A stretch of 58,238 nucleotides of DNA from Methanocellales archaeon (GCA_030019435.1 JASEEV010000005.1:1-58238); one strand, 5' to 3'. Positions 10,653-21,178 are shown, counted from the stretch's first letter. Program-made: numbers and translations. The notes: generated from the sequence alone by a model not told the origin.

Positions 10653-11225
10653 CTATCTCTTAACACGAACTCGTCCACCCGTCATCTGGAGCGATACTCC
10701 AATGCTGCGCAAATACTCGGCTGCTTTGCCCTTTCCATGAATCAGTAGTTCAGCGAGGTCATCCACTTCATCGACATCGCAACCCACATAGAACGACTCA
10801 TATACCTTTAGCGAGAGCCCCTTGTCTTTGGCAATTTGTAGATGATCCAAAAAGCTCATCCCATAGTAATCGACACGAAAAGCAGAGGGATCTCTGAGAA
10901 ATAAAATATTGGTCCCCCCTCCCCTGCCAGGCGAAATGACCACATCTTCTTTTGAACTTATGATCTCTCGAATATGCTCGCTCCTTATCAGCGGCAGGTC
11001 TGCCATGATGATCAGCACGGGCTCAGCTGACTTGGCAATTATTTTATTCAATACAACATTTAGACCCTCATCGCTTACGATAGATGCATCCACTCCAGCC
11101 TCTGATAGCGTGGAAACCACATCCTCCAGCATACACTCAGCCAATTCCTCCCTTTCGGACGGGCTCAACAAAGGAGAGAGCCTTGACTTTCCGCCTTTTT
11201 TCTTGTATGGAACTATCGCTTTCAT
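10653..11225 (-). CDS. cofC: 2-phospho-L-lactate guanylyltransferase
   Basis: MKAIVPYKKKGGKSRLSPLLSPSEREELAECMLEDV and a GGGTN motif. It sits divergent from cofG/cofH. Confidence 0.8.
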   Translation of the reverse strand: MKAIVPYKKKGGKSRLSPLLSPSEREELAECMLEDVVSTLSEAGVDASIVSDEGLNVVLNKIIAKSAEPVLIIMADLPLIRSEHIREIISSKEDVVISPGRGGGTNILFLRDPSAFRVDYYGMSFLDHLQIAKDKGLSLKVYESFYVGCDVDEVDDLAELLIHGKGKAAEYLRSIGVSLQMTGGRVRVKR

Positions 11226-11259
11226 AATCGCAAAAGTCTTGTATTTGTATTACTTATGG

Positions 11260-12264
11260 ATGGATATGCTAACTCACATGCCTTATGTCACATTCTCTAA
11301 AAACGTTTTCGTTCCAGTCACGAACATTTGTAGAAATAGGTGTGGCTATTGTGGATTTCGGCGTGACATCCATAGCGCAGAAGCGAGCGTGATGACGCCA
11401 GATCATGTTGAGATTTTGTTGGAAAAGGGAGTTAGCAGTGGTTGTACCGAGGCGTTGTTCACGTTCGGCGAGCCTAGTGGGGCGGAATTTGGGGAAATGT
11501 TACACGAGATCGGTTATTCAAGCTTCATCGAGTACGTGATGGACTTATGCCAGATGGCAATAGATCATGGGCTTCTGCCACACACAAATGCTGGGGTTCT
11601 TTGTTATGCTGATATGAGGAAGTTGAAGCCCTTAAATGCCAGCATGGGATTGATGCTTGAGACCACTGGCGAAGTGGATGCGCACAGGGTCAGTCCTGGA
11701 AAGGATCCTTGCATGAGGCTGAAGACGATCGAGAATGCTGGGCGGCTGAAAATTCCGTTCACTTCCGGCATCTTGGTTGGAATTGGTGAAACATGGGACG
11801 ATAGAATGGAGTCACTATTGGCGATAAGAAGACTGCATCTCCGCCATGGTCATATCCAAGAAGTGATCGTTCAGAATTTCGTCCCCAAACCAAATACCCC
11901 GATGTCCAATTGCAGAGCCCCTTCCTTGGAGGAGATGCAAAAGGTGGTTGCAATCGCAAGGGCTATATTGCCCCAAGAAATTGCCATACAAGTGCCGCCA
12001 AATCTCGTATCTATACGCTCATTGATAGCGTGTGGGGCATCCGACCTGGGGGGAATCTCACCAGTGACGATTGATCACATCAATCCTGAGGCGAGATGGC
12101 CCTCTCTGGAAGAACTCCACTCTATGATGGGCGTGGAGTTGAGAGAACGACTGCCGATATATCCTCATTTTGTCCAAGCTGGCTGGTACAGTTCCTCCAT
12201 CAAGGAATTGGTGAAAAGATATTCAGATGAAAATGGGTTTAGGAGTAAATACTATGATCGATGA
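11260..12264 (+). CDS. cofG: 7,8-didemethyl-8-hydroxy-5-deazariboflavin (FO) synthase subunit CofG
   Basis: Radical SAM motif CRNRCGYCGF. The ORF track start at 10909 lies antisense to cofC, so I use the ATG at 11260 (alternatives 11266 and 11278). Confidence 0.85.
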   Translation: MDMLTHMPYVTFSKNVFVPVTNICRNRCGYCGFRRDIHSAEASVMTPDHVEILLEKGVSSGCTEALFTFGEPSGAEFGEMLHEIGYSSFIEYVMDLCQMAIDHGLLPHTNAGVLCYADMRKLKPLNASMGLMLETTGEVDAHRVSPGKDPCMRLKTIENAGRLKIPFTSGILVGIGETWDDRMESLLAIRRLHLRHGHIQEVIVQNFVPKPNTPMSNCRAPSLEEMQKVVAIARAILPQEIAIQVPPNLVSIRSLIACGASDLGGISPVTIDHINPEARWPSLEELHSMMGVELRERLPIYPHFVQAGWYSSSIKELVKRYSDENGFRSKYYDR

Positions 12265-13297
12265 AATCCTAGAACGAGTGCAGGACGGCAGGACTACAAG
12301 AGAGGATGCATTATATCTGGCATCTCTTCCATCGCACGAGCTCTTCCATCTTGCCGATCAGCTGAGACGAGAGGCAGTAGGCGACACTGTCACATATGTG
12401 ATCAACAGGAACATCAACTTCACGAACTCTTGCATAGGTGATTGTGCCTTTTGTGCGTTCCGGAGTGAGAACGGATATGTTTTGAGTAGAGAGCAAATTC
12501 TGCAGAAAGTGCAAGAAGGCATCGAAAAGGGAGTGACGGAAATCTGCATCCAAGGCGGTTTACTCAGGGGCATGATGCTGGACGATTATTGCGAGATGCT
12601 GGAGAGCATAAAGTCCCACTTTGCGGTGCATATACATGCATTCTCACCAATGGAGGTATTTCATGCAGCCAGGAACTCTGCTTTGGACATCACGGACGCA
12701 CTCAGCGCGCTAAAACATAGCGGGTTGGACTCAATGCCCGGAACTGCCGCTGAGATTCTCGATGACTCCATTCGAAGAAAAATTTGTCCGAACAAGATTT
12801 CAACAGATCAATGGATAGAGATCATCACCACTGCACATCGCCTGGGGATCCCAACTACTGCAACCATGCTCTACGGACATGTTGAATCTCTTGAGAATAG
12901 AGTCGATCATATTCTCTTAATCAGGGACGTTCAGCGTAAAACAGGGGGGTTTACGGAGTTCATACCGCTTCCCTTTATGGCGAAGAACAATCCACTGGGC
13001 AAGGTTGTGTCTCGGGCGAACGGCATCGATATGAGAGTGCATGCCCTAGCCCGCATCCTACTACATCGACACATAAAAAACATCCAAGCGTCATGGGTGA
13101 AGCTGGGGCGCAAGCTGGCGCAAACAATGCTTCTTTGCGGGGTCAATGACCTTGGGGGAACGCTGATGGAAGAACACATAACAAAATCAGCTGGAGGAAC
13201 TTCCGGCGAGTATCTATCACCAAAGGAGTTCGAGGATATTATCACTGGTGTGGGACGCATTCCTAGGAGGCGGACTACGTTATACGAGCTAATCTAA
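12254..13297 (+). CDS. cofH: FO synthase subunit CofH
   Basis: Radical SAM motif CIGDCAFCAF and LLCGVNDLGGTLMEE. The start MIDEILERV overlaps the cofG stop. Confidence 0.85.
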   Translation: MIDEILERVQDGRTTREDALYLASLPSHELFHLADQLRREAVGDTVTYVINRNINFTNSCIGDCAFCAFRSENGYVLSREQILQKVQEGIEKGVTEICIQGGLLRGMMLDDYCEMLESIKSHFAVHIHAFSPMEVFHAARNSALDITDALSALKHSGLDSMPGTAAEILDDSIRRKICPNKISTDQWIEIITTAHRLGIPTTATMLYGHVESLENRVDHILLIRDVQRKTGGFTEFIPLPFMAKNNPLGKVVSRANGIDMRVHALARILLHRHIKNIQASWVKLGRKLAQTMLLCGVNDLGGTLMEEHITKSAGGTSGEYLSPKEFEDIITGVGRIPRRRTTLYELI

Positions 13298-13348
13298 CAC
13301 ATAAGCTAATCTAATAACAGGACCATAAAAATCTTCAGAGGGATCGGA

Positions 13349-15565
13349 GTGGAATTAAGGATTACCAAAGAGATAATAGCTGAACTGGGATTGAGTGAAG
13401 AAGAGTTTGAGAAGATTAAAGGGCTTCTGGGAAGGGAGCCAAATTATACGGAATTGGGAATGTTCTCAGCTATGTGGTCAGAACATTGTAGCTATAAGAG
13501 CTCGAAGCCAGTTTTAAAACTATTTCCCACCACCGGCGAACAAGTTCTCCAGGGTCCTGGGGAAAATGCTGGGGTGGTAGATATAGGAAATGAGTTGGCA
13601 GTAGTATTTAAGATCGAATCTCATAATCATCCAGCCGCTATCGAGCCTTATGAGGCTTCAGCCACCGGGGGAGGAGGATGCATTAGAGATATCATTACCA
13701 TGGGCGCCAGGCCCGTAGCCCTCCTCGATTCCCTCCGATTTGGAAGATTGACAGGGTCCAGAGTCAAGTATCTATTAGCAGAGGTAGCTAGAGGTTTTAC
13801 TACCTATGCCAATATTTCTGAGATCCCAGTGGTAGGTGGTGATGTCTATTTTGACGAGTCCTATGAAGGCAATCCCTTGGTCAATGCCATGACGGTAGGA
13901 TTCATGCGGCACAAGGATATGGCCAAGGCTAGGGCGACAGGCGTAGGCAATTTGGTGTTGATAGTTGGAGGAGCTACGGGCAGAGATGGCGTTGCCGGGG
14001 CTGCTTTTGCCTCTAGAGGGCTGGATGAGGAATCGGGTGAGAAGAGATCGGCCGTAGCTGTTGGTGATCCAAAGATGGGTAAGCTAGTTAGAGAGGCATG
14101 CTTGGAATTGATTCAGCGAGGCCACGTTGTAGGCATGCAGGATATGGGTGCTGCTGGACTGACCTGTTCAGTATGTGAGACCGCCTATAAGGGCGGGACA
14201 GGTATAGAGATTGATATATCCTTGGTTCCGCGCAAAGAGGAAAAGATGACACCATATGAGGTGATGCTTTCAGAATCTCAAGAGAGGATGTTGGTGATAA
14301 TAGAAAAGGATAGACTGAATGAAGTAAAGGAGATATTCTCAAAGTGGGGTGTGCTGGCGACCGTTATAGGTAGGGTTACAGATGATGGAATGGTGCGGGT
14401 AAAAGAGCGCAACAAGGTGGTGGCTGAAGTACCGGCTGCGGCACTGGTTGAAGCACCCGTGTATCATTTAGAAGAAAAAGTTCCGGAATACCTAAAGGTG
14501 ACAAGGGAATTCAATATCAGCGATATTCCAGAACCAGACGATTATGCTCAGGTACTTTTAAACATCCTCTCCTCTCCCTCTATAGCTAGCAAAGAATGGA
14601 TCTATAAGAAAGGCGATCCAAAGCTTACCCAAAATATTCAAGTCGGTCCCGGCTCAGATGCAGCTGTTATTCGCCTTCCTGGGACGGAGAAACTCATTGC
14701 AGTAACAGTGGATTGTAATGCCCGCTACGTTTATCTCAACCCATATATGGGCGGAGAGATCGCTGTGGCAGAGGCAGCGAGAAATCTGGTCTGCGCTGGT
14801 GCAAAACCTTTAGCCATTACGGATTGCCTGAACTTTGGCAACCCGAGGGATCCTGAGGTATTCTGGCAGTTTAAACAATCCGTTTTAGGCATTAGCGAGG
14901 CATGCAGGGCGCTTGAAACCCCCGTCGTAAGCGGAAATGTGAGTTTTAACAACGAAAGTCCAAAGGGTTCAGTCGATCCAACGCCTGTAATAGGAATGGT
15001 GGGTCTGATCGAAGACAGCTCAAAGGTAATGACTCAACATTTTAAAAATGAGGGTGATGCAATCTTCATTTTGGGCGAGACCAAGGAAGAGTTGGGTGGA
15101 AGCGAATATCTAAAGCTGATCCATGGTTTGAAGAAAGGTGACGCTCCAGCTATCGACTTGGAAGTTGAAAAGAGGCTTCAGGAGACTGTGCTCCAAATGA
15201 TAAAGGAGGGCCTAATTAACTCTGCCCACGATTGCTCTGAAGGGGGCCTTGCAGTGGCATTGGCGGAATGTTGCATTTCCCATCCAACCACTAAGTTTGG
15301 GGCAACTATTAATCTAGACAGCTTGCCATCGGTAAGGACAGATGCACTGTTATTTGGCGAATCTCAATCCCGAGTCGTAGTGAGTTGCAGTCCAGAAAAG
15401 GTAGATGAGTTAAAAAAGATGGCTCAGGCAAATAATGTACCTGCTTGGGAGATGGGCAAAGTGGGCGGTGATAAGCTGTCTATAGGAAAATGGGTAGATA
15501 TCGACATAGCAAAACTTGATAGATCTTGGAGAAAGACGATAGATAACTCTTTAGAGAGAACATAA
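13349..15565 (+). CDS. purL: phosphoribosylformylglycinamidine synthase subunit PurL
   Basis: 738 aa with MWSEHCSYKSSK, ESHNHPAAIEP and the duplicated AIR-synthase-like architecture. GTG start. Confidence 0.92.
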   Translation: MELRITKEIIAELGLSEEEFEKIKGLLGREPNYTELGMFSAMWSEHCSYKSSKPVLKLFPTTGEQVLQGPGENAGVVDIGNELAVVFKIESHNHPAAIEPYEASATGGGGCIRDIITMGARPVALLDSLRFGRLTGSRVKYLLAEVARGFTTYANISEIPVVGGDVYFDESYEGNPLVNAMTVGFMRHKDMAKARATGVGNLVLIVGGATGRDGVAGAAFASRGLDEESGEKRSAVAVGDPKMGKLVREACLELIQRGHVVGMQDMGAAGLTCSVCETAYKGGTGIEIDISLVPRKEEKMTPYEVMLSESQERMLVIIEKDRLNEVKEIFSKWGVLATVIGRVTDDGMVRVKERNKVVAEVPAAALVEAPVYHLEEKVPEYLKVTREFNISDIPEPDDYAQVLLNILSSPSIASKEWIYKKGDPKLTQNIQVGPGSDAAVIRLPGTEKLIAVTVDCNARYVYLNPYMGGEIAVAEAARNLVCAGAKPLAITDCLNFGNPRDPEVFWQFKQSVLGISEACRALETPVVSGNVSFNNESPKGSVDPTPVIGMVGLIEDSSKVMTQHFKNEGDAIFILGETKEELGGSEYLKLIHGLKKGDAPAIDLEVEKRLQETVLQMIKEGLINSAHDCSEGGLAVALAECCISHPTTKFGATINLDSLPSVRTDALLFGESQSRVVVSCSPEKVDELKKMAQANNVPAWEMGKVGGDKLSIGKWVDIDIAKLDRSWRKTIDNSLERT

Positions 15566-15568
15566 TGA

Positions 15569-16384
15569 TCACTCTTTGATCTTGTCCAACTTCTTCATTA
15601 TCTTGATGACCTTCTCCTCATACTCTGATTTAATTTCTTGATACTCTTCTTCTGATATCTTTCCCGCCTTGTAGTCATCTTCCAGCTGGCTTAGCACTGA
15701 GAGCAACGCCTCCCTCCCCGCCTCCAGCTCTTTGACATCCTCCTTTTTGATATATCCACCTTTCAAGAGGGGTAGGGCTATGAGCACTGCTGCTACGACA
15801 GCCACTCCGACATACGGAATGATCTCTCGGCTAGCCCATTCCATGACGATCGATATTCTCTGTGGATGCATGTCGGTCTCAACGAAATGAGCGATGTTCA
15901 CGCCCCTCCCCTCATCATAGGTGCTTGGGGACATGACCCTTAGATCAGTCGTAGTGGCTTCCACCCCTTTTTTCGTCACAGCAGTCAATATGAGCATGTT
16001 TGTGTGATACTGCAACTCTTTTTCAAAAAGGACTTTCTTGTGTACGATTCCCTGCGCAGGAGATGACACAACATAATTCAAATCCATCCTTATCGATTCA
16101 CCAGGAGGCAGCTCGACCATCCAGTAAACATAATTTCCATCTCTCTCATAACGCCCAGTGCTGTATTCAATGACGCCATCGATGGGAATCCAAGCACTCA
16201 CTCTACCTACAACTTCATCGCCAGAATTGTTGAACACCATCGACTCTGAAACGGTCAGCTTTCCATATTCTTCTTGCACCACTGTGATATAATGTTCTGT
16301 TACCACTACGCCATTTATCTCTCCGCTTGCCATCGGGAGCAGCAATAACAACAAAATGGCGATCGCGATAAGTTTTAACCTCAC
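15569..16384 (-). CDS. hypothetical exported, C-terminally anchored protein, co-operonic with the ccmF C-terminal half
   Basis: Signal peptide MRLKLIAIAILLLLLLPMASG, one C-terminal TM helix, then a charged tail (KAGKISEEEYQEIKSEYEEKV). It overlaps the upstream gene by 4 nt. Confidence 0.45.
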   Translation of the reverse strand: MRLKLIAIAILLLLLLPMASGEINGVVVTEHYITVVQEEYGKLTVSESMVFNNSGDEVVGRVSAWIPIDGVIEYSTGRYERDGNYVYWMVELPPGESIRMDLNYVVSSPAQGIVHKKVLFEKELQYHTNMLILTAVTKKGVEATTTDLRVMSPSTYDEGRGVNIAHFVETDMHPQRISIVMEWASREIIPYVGVAVVAAVLIALPLLKGGYIKKEDVKELEAGREALLSVLSQLEDDYKAGKISEEEYQEIKSEYEEKVIKIMKKLDKIKE

Positions 16385-17361
16385 TTTTTGCCCTTCCTTA
16401 GCCTTCTGAGCTCTTTTCTGAGTCTCTCCTCATACTTCTTCCTGACATCCCTGATCTTAGGTCTCTTGTAATCCATACCAGTTATGATTGCTATGCCGAC
16501 TACCATCATCCCTATTCCTCCCCAAATGAGGTTTGTCATCGGAACAGCTCTAACGTACATATTGACCACGCTTGTATCCATGTATTTGGGGGCTATGAAC
16601 AATTCTTCAGCGATCATCCTGTTGATGTAAACCGTCGAATAAGATTGTTCCCATTTAAAATCGGTGATGTACTCGATCGCTCCATGATCTATCAGCTTAG
16701 CATTCTTGTAAACGTCAAATGTGGCACGAGTTACATACAGGGAGGCTGGATACATGCCAAACGGCTTCCCCTCATATCTATAATCGAGATTTGTCATCTT
16801 GATGCTATAGTCGCCAAAATCCCACCGCTCTCCCGGTCTCAGCACTCGTGAATCCTCGGTCACCATGGTAGTGCTGACCATCGCTCCTATCAGGATTAAA
16901 ACGAGCCCAAGGTGAATCAAATGTGGACTTACGCCCCTCAGCGTAGCCCTCATCGATTTCGGATTTATAGCACGACAGATCTTGTAGCCAATGGCGATCG
17001 ATGCAAAAACGAGTATTGGAAGCGTGCCATCCAAGTATATGTTCTTGAACGGAGATGTAATCGCACCCATCAACGAAATGATGATTGTTGCACCCACAAC
17101 GATGAGGACATTGCGTGCTTTAAAATATCTCAGCATCGTGCATACTCCCAATAGTACGACGATCGCTGCAATCGGCACTGCCGCTCTCTTGTTGAAGTAG
17201 TCTGCGCCGAGCTCTCCGATCTTCGCTCCGGTCGTAATCAACGTCACAAGCGGTACCAGCAGACCCATAAACAGTACGATTGTGAGAGCAGAAAACACGA
17301 GTATTGCCGCCAACATCACCTTTCTTTCGCTAAGATATTCTTCGAAACGCATATATATCAC
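16381..17361 (-). CDS. ccmF: cytochrome c maturation protein CcmF, C-terminal half
   Basis: Multi-TM protein with a conserved TM histidine (SPHLIHLGLVLILIGA). A periplasmic beta-rich segment follows (RPGERWDFGDYSIKMTNLDY), then a terminal TM helix (NLIWGGIGMMVVG), as in the second half of CcmF. Confidence 0.65.
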   Translation of the reverse strand: MIYMRFEEYLSERKVMLAAILVFSALTIVLFMGLLVPLVTLITTGAKIGELGADYFNKRAAVPIAAIVVLLGVCTMLRYFKARNVLIVVGATIIISLMGAITSPFKNIYLDGTLPILVFASIAIGYKICRAINPKSMRATLRGVSPHLIHLGLVLILIGAMVSTTMVTEDSRVLRPGERWDFGDYSIKMTNLDYRYEGKPFGMYPASLYVTRATFDVYKNAKLIDHGAIEYITDFKWEQSYSTVYINRMIAEELFIAPKYMDTSVVNMYVRAVPMTNLIWGGIGMMVVGIAIITGMDYKRPKIRDVRKKYEERLRKELRRLRKGKK

Positions 17362-17379
17362 CCAAGGAGGTTATCGTAT

Positions 17380-18393
17380 ATGAACGTTGGTGAAATTCTA
17401 ATAAGGCTCTCTTTCTTGCTTTGTGCTGCAGCAACTGGATATGCGGTATGGCATTATCTTAGTGGGAAAGCAAGTCTGCGCAATCTGTCTAGAAAGACCG
17501 AGCTCGGCTGTCTAATCACCACGACATTGAGCGTTTTGTTGTTGACCTATTATTTGTATTCTGTTGATCTGAGATATGTCTATGTGTTCCATCAGTCGAG
17601 CATGGACCTAGCATGGTACTATCGAATCTCAGCATTGCTGGCAGGAATAAGGGGCTCGTGGTTGTTCTGGACATGGTGTCTGCTGCTCATGTTAGGATTG
17701 ATGCAGCACACGGGTCCAAGCAAAGTTCTCAGGAACGCAAAGATCATGGATATTACGCGAACTGTGACATTGGTCATCGCATCGCTCTTCCTCCTTCTTT
17801 TGATCATCCGAAATCCATTCGAACTGTCGGTCGATGTGTATGGCATCGTACCAACGTATGGAATGGGCATGAATCCCTTGCTAAGGACACCGTGGATGGT
17901 CATACACCCACCGTTATTTTTCATCGGATATGCAGCTTTTACGATACCCTATGCAGCGAGCATCGGTTATCTCATCTTGGAGGACTCGAGATGGGTGCAC
18001 ATTGCGGAAACGTGGAGCAGAATAGCATGGTTCTTCCTGACGCTGGGCATCGGCATAGGTGGGCTCTGGGCATATGAAGTACTGGGATGGGCAGCGTGGT
18101 ATTGGAGCTGGGATCCTATAGAAACATCATCATTGGTGCCATGGGTTGCATCTACTGCATACTTACATGCTCAATTCCGCTTGAAAAGGAAAGAGTATCA
18201 GTTCGTAACACCGTTGTTGGCCATCGTGACGTTCATACTCGTCATATTTGCCACCTTCATAGTGCGAAGCGGTCTATGGGCGTCAGAGCATGCTTGGCAA
18301 GAATTTGGGCTGGAGGGTAAGATCATCGCAGCGTTCATTCTGGGGCTCATAGTAACAAGCGCATATCTGCTCCAAAAGCGTTTCAGAGCCTAG
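17380..18393 (+). CDS. ccmF: cytochrome c maturation protein CcmF, N-terminal half (WWD heme-handling domain)
   Basis: Multi-TM protein with the Trp-rich motif GGLWAYEVLGWAAWYWSWDPIETSSLVPW, characteristic of the CcmF/CcmC heme-handling family. Confidence 0.75.
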   Translation: MNVGEILIRLSFLLCAAATGYAVWHYLSGKASLRNLSRKTELGCLITTTLSVLLLTYYLYSVDLRYVYVFHQSSMDLAWYYRISALLAGIRGSWLFWTWCLLLMLGLMQHTGPSKVLRNAKIMDITRTVTLVIASLFLLLLIIRNPFELSVDVYGIVPTYGMGMNPLLRTPWMVIHPPLFFIGYAAFTIPYAASIGYLILEDSRWVHIAETWSRIAWFFLTLGIGIGGLWAYEVLGWAAWYWSWDPIETSSLVPWVASTAYLHAQFRLKRKEYQFVTPLLAIVTFILVIFATFIVRSGLWASEHAWQEFGLEGKIIAAFILGLIVTSAYLLQKRFRA

Positions 18394-18755
18394 TATCCGA
18401 CATATTTTGATGGACACCCCAATATTATTTTGCGAGCCTCTATTTCTTCATTTGATATCAGCTTGCCATAGACCACGACGTCTTTTCCCTCTGCAACGTT
18501 GACCGGTCTATCTCCGATGTACTCAACCTGAATATCTGCTTTTCCATCCGTCAATACAAATGAGGTCGAATGTACATCTATTTTAAGCGTGCCTTCTTTT
18601 ACGATGCCCTTGACCTCTACATCTCTTCCTACATACTGCGGATTTTTGGCTTCTGAGACGGAAAGATATCCACCAAAATCGATGCCCCATAGCCCTATGA
18701 TCATTATTACAACGATGGCAACTATACCTAGGACTACCTTATTTCTCTTTTTCAC
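18390..18755 (-). CDS. ccmE: cytochrome c maturation heme chaperone CcmE, archaeal CxxxY variant
   Basis: 121 aa with an N-terminal TM anchor, an OB-fold-like body (VEVKGIVKEG...VVVYGKL), and a C-terminal LGCPSKY (CxxxY in place of HxxxY). Confidence 0.8.
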   Translation of the reverse strand: MKKRNKVVLGIVAIVVIMIIGLWGIDFGGYLSVSEAKNPQYVGRDVEVKGIVKEGTLKIDVHSTSFVLTDGKADIQVEYIGDRPVNVAEGKDVVVYGKLISNEEIEARKIILGCPSKYVGY

Positions 18756-18923
18756 CTCTAAGCACCTCGATCTCCTTTGCCAACCTTGTCTTTCTTTTGA
18801 GTAGGTAGACTATATAAACAAGCAATATGATCCATGCGATTCCAAATGCGATCAGCAGATATCTCATCTTATACAATACATTTGCCAGCAACTCTTTATA
18901 TTTTTCGTGCGCATCCTCTACAT

Positions 18924-19661
18924 ATGATTCTGGAAGACTTGCTGGAGCTCCTACAAAAACATGCGCCAGACTCAGTCATAGAGCAGTACTGCATTGGAGG
19001 GCATTATACTGGAGTAAAGCTTGAAAAGGAAATGGGAGTTGCATACACTCCTAGCGACATCCTCTTGTCATTTGAATTAGACAATATCACCGGCGCAGAT
19101 GCCATGCGCACTGCAAGGCTGGCGCTAAGCGATCGCATTTTGGAGAGGACTATCGGTATCGCAACCATCAATGCCCTCTCGTGGGGAATCATTCCCAAGC
19201 GCTACCAAGTATGTGTAGGCGATCCGCTGAAACGGATTGTAATTAGAGATAAGATCGTGGTCATGGTTGGCTATTTTCCTCCAGTGGCTGAGCAACTCTC
19301 ATCCATAGCAAAAGACCTCAGAATCATTGAGCGCAAAGAAATGGAAGGAACACATCCATCAGAAGATGCCGAGGATGTGATGTCTGATGCCGATGTGATA
19401 ATCATCACCGGCTCCGCCCTGATCTACGGAGGAATGGAAGTATATCTCCAGTATGGGATGAATGCGGACGAGGTGATCGTGCTCGGTCCCACGGCATCCA
19501 TGCTCCCGGACCCCTTCTTTGAGAGAGGAGCAACGATCGTGGCGGGAATTCAAATAACCGATCCCAATGCTGCCCTTGATATAATCTCTCATGCTGGTGG
19601 GGTGCACGACCTGATCGGAAAGTGCGCCCGCAAAGTGTATTTTCGAGCTGGTAGAACATGA
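18924..19661 (+). CDS. DUF364/DUF4213-like Rossmann protein (putative chelatase-like)
   Basis: GIATINALS, VVMVGYFPPV, DVIIITGSALIYGG, and LGPTASMLPDPFFERGATIVAG. The ATG at 18924 is preferred over the ORF-track start at 18834. Confidence 0.5.
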   Translation: MILEDLLELLQKHAPDSVIEQYCIGGHYTGVKLEKEMGVAYTPSDILLSFELDNITGADAMRTARLALSDRILERTIGIATINALSWGIIPKRYQVCVGDPLKRIVIRDKIVVMVGYFPPVAEQLSSIAKDLRIIERKEMEGTHPSEDAEDVMSDADVIIITGSALIYGGMEVYLQYGMNADEVIVLGPTASMLPDPFFERGATIVAGIQITDPNAALDIISHAGGVHDLIGKCARKVYFRAGRT

Positions 19662-20176
19662 AAATATTCGAATCGATGATAGGAGCCCCTCTCATAGCTA
19701 GAACATATGCCAAGCACAGCGAATTCTTTAGAGATTTTTATGCAGAAGCTGCTACCGAGATCGTATCAAGGCTCGAAAAAGGTACGGTGCTGGATATTGG
19801 GACTGGACCCGCATATCTTCCCATAGAGATCACCAAGAGGTCAAAACTCTCGGTCATCGGTATAGATGTATCCAAGCGCATGGTGTTGATGGCCATGCAA
19901 AATGTCAAGAGAGAGCACTTAGAGGATAAAATCAGGATAGAAGAGGGGGATGCACACCGTCTCGAATTCCCGGATGACCATTTCGATTTAGTGGTGAGCA
20001 CCGCCTCACTCCATCATTGGCATGATCCAACAGGAGTGTTCGACGAGATCTATCGGGTTCTGAAGCCATGTGGCATCGCATTAATAGCTGACCTGCGAAG
20101 AGATGCTCCTATGGAGAAGGTGAAGGAATTGACGAAGCAGATGCCCTTTTTCTGCAGGTTTGGAAATGCTTCATAG
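19658..20176 (+). CDS. class I SAM-dependent methyltransferase (3' end apparently frameshifted; natural C-terminus readable to 20243)
   Basis: Motif I VLDIGTGPAYL and post-I/II motifs (EEGDAHRLEFPDDHFDLVVS, LKPCGIALIAD). Downstream, the +1 frame reads SAGLEMLHSTKFNEFSVKEKGIFLLIEARK*, a typical methyltransferase C-terminus. Confidence 0.75.
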   Translation: MKIFESMIGAPLIARTYAKHSEFFRDFYAEAATEIVSRLEKGTVLDIGTGPAYLPIEITKRSKLSVIGIDVSKRMVLMAMQNVKREHLEDKIRIEEGDAHRLEFPDDHFDLVVSTASLHHWHDPTGVFDEIYRVLKPCGIALIADLRRDAPMEKVKELTKQMPFFCRFGNAS

Positions 20177-20271
20177 CACAAAATTCAATGAATTCAGCGT
20201 GAAAGAAAAGGGAATTTTCCTTTTGATCGAGGCACGAAAGTGATATATATGGTGTAAGAATTTTACTCATC

Positions 20272-21178
20272 ATGACTCAGGAGCATAAAATATCTACACA
20301 AGATTTTCTGCTGGGTTTGGGAACTTATCAAGGAAAAACGCTAAGAAATAGAATTCTGGCTTTTATCTCTGAGCAGAGACCTCTAGTATCGGTTATGGGC
20401 TTTTTTTATAGCGCTAGGAGGCGCAACACTATCTCTTGGTGCTTTTCCATCTCCGTTGAAAATTCTGGAGATATTTGTAGCTGTTTATCTGATCGTTAGT
20501 GGCATGCACTCGATTAACGATACGATAGATTTTAAAAGGGATGAGGAAAAGTGGCCCATGCGCCCTTTGCCAAGTGGGTTGATCAGTAGGGAAGAATTGG
20601 GGATTTATGGAATTGCAATAGGATTGGCTGGTGTTGCTCTTTCTTATATTTGGTTTACATGGCAATGTGCACTGTTCGTCGCATTAGTGCTATTTTTGGG
20701 CTTCATTTACACAAAATACACTAGGGACAAAATTGGTTATCTAACGCTGATCTGGATTCCAGCCTTTCTGCCAGTTGGTGCATGGGCAGCTTTTGCTCCT
20801 GAAACGTTATTTACGAGATTACCATGGCTTCTTTATCTATTCATGATGACACATCAGATCGCACACATAGCATCCGTAGAACTTCACGCTCCTGAAACCA
20901 AGGCACTCGTGATAGGCTTAGAGCAGAAAAACGAGCCAGCTCTTTACGTTTTATCGATCATTCTGATGTCGATCGTTGGCATTATCATATATCTAGTTGC
21001 GAGTCTTCACTGGATTTACCTATTGGTGCTGCTCGCTCTTACGATCGTCTCCTTGCTCTCGGCCGTTCCGATGATCAAAGATCCAAATTCGATGGAGAAT
21101 CTCAGAAAAGCCAACATGGCAATAGTAAACTACAACATATTCTACTGGCTGGCATTAGCGATTGGAGTAGTTCTTTGA
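20272..21178 (+). pseudogene. UbiA-family aromatic prenyltransferase, split by a frameshift in a T7 run
   Basis: ORF 20272..20499 supplies the N-terminus (RPLVSVMGFF). From 20402 the next frame reads FFIALGGATLSLGAFPSPLKILEIFVAVYLIVSGMHSINDTIDFKRDEEKWPMRPLPSG (NxxxDxxxD motif) plus ~8 TM segments. The frames join at TTTTTTT 20401-20407. Confidence 0.75.

Noticed and set aside
10909-11259. The ORF-track cofG ORF carries a long N-terminal extension (451 aa).
   Set aside because: The extension runs antisense through cofC and has low-complexity Ser/Ile-rich composition. The radical SAM protein starts naturally at MDMLTHMPYV (11260).
20177-20271. The hairpin AAAAGG-GAATTTT-CCTTTT after the annotated methyltransferase stop could be a terminator.
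   Set aside because: It lies inside the restored methyltransferase C-terminal coding sequence (KEKGIFLLIE), so it is more likely coding than a terminator.
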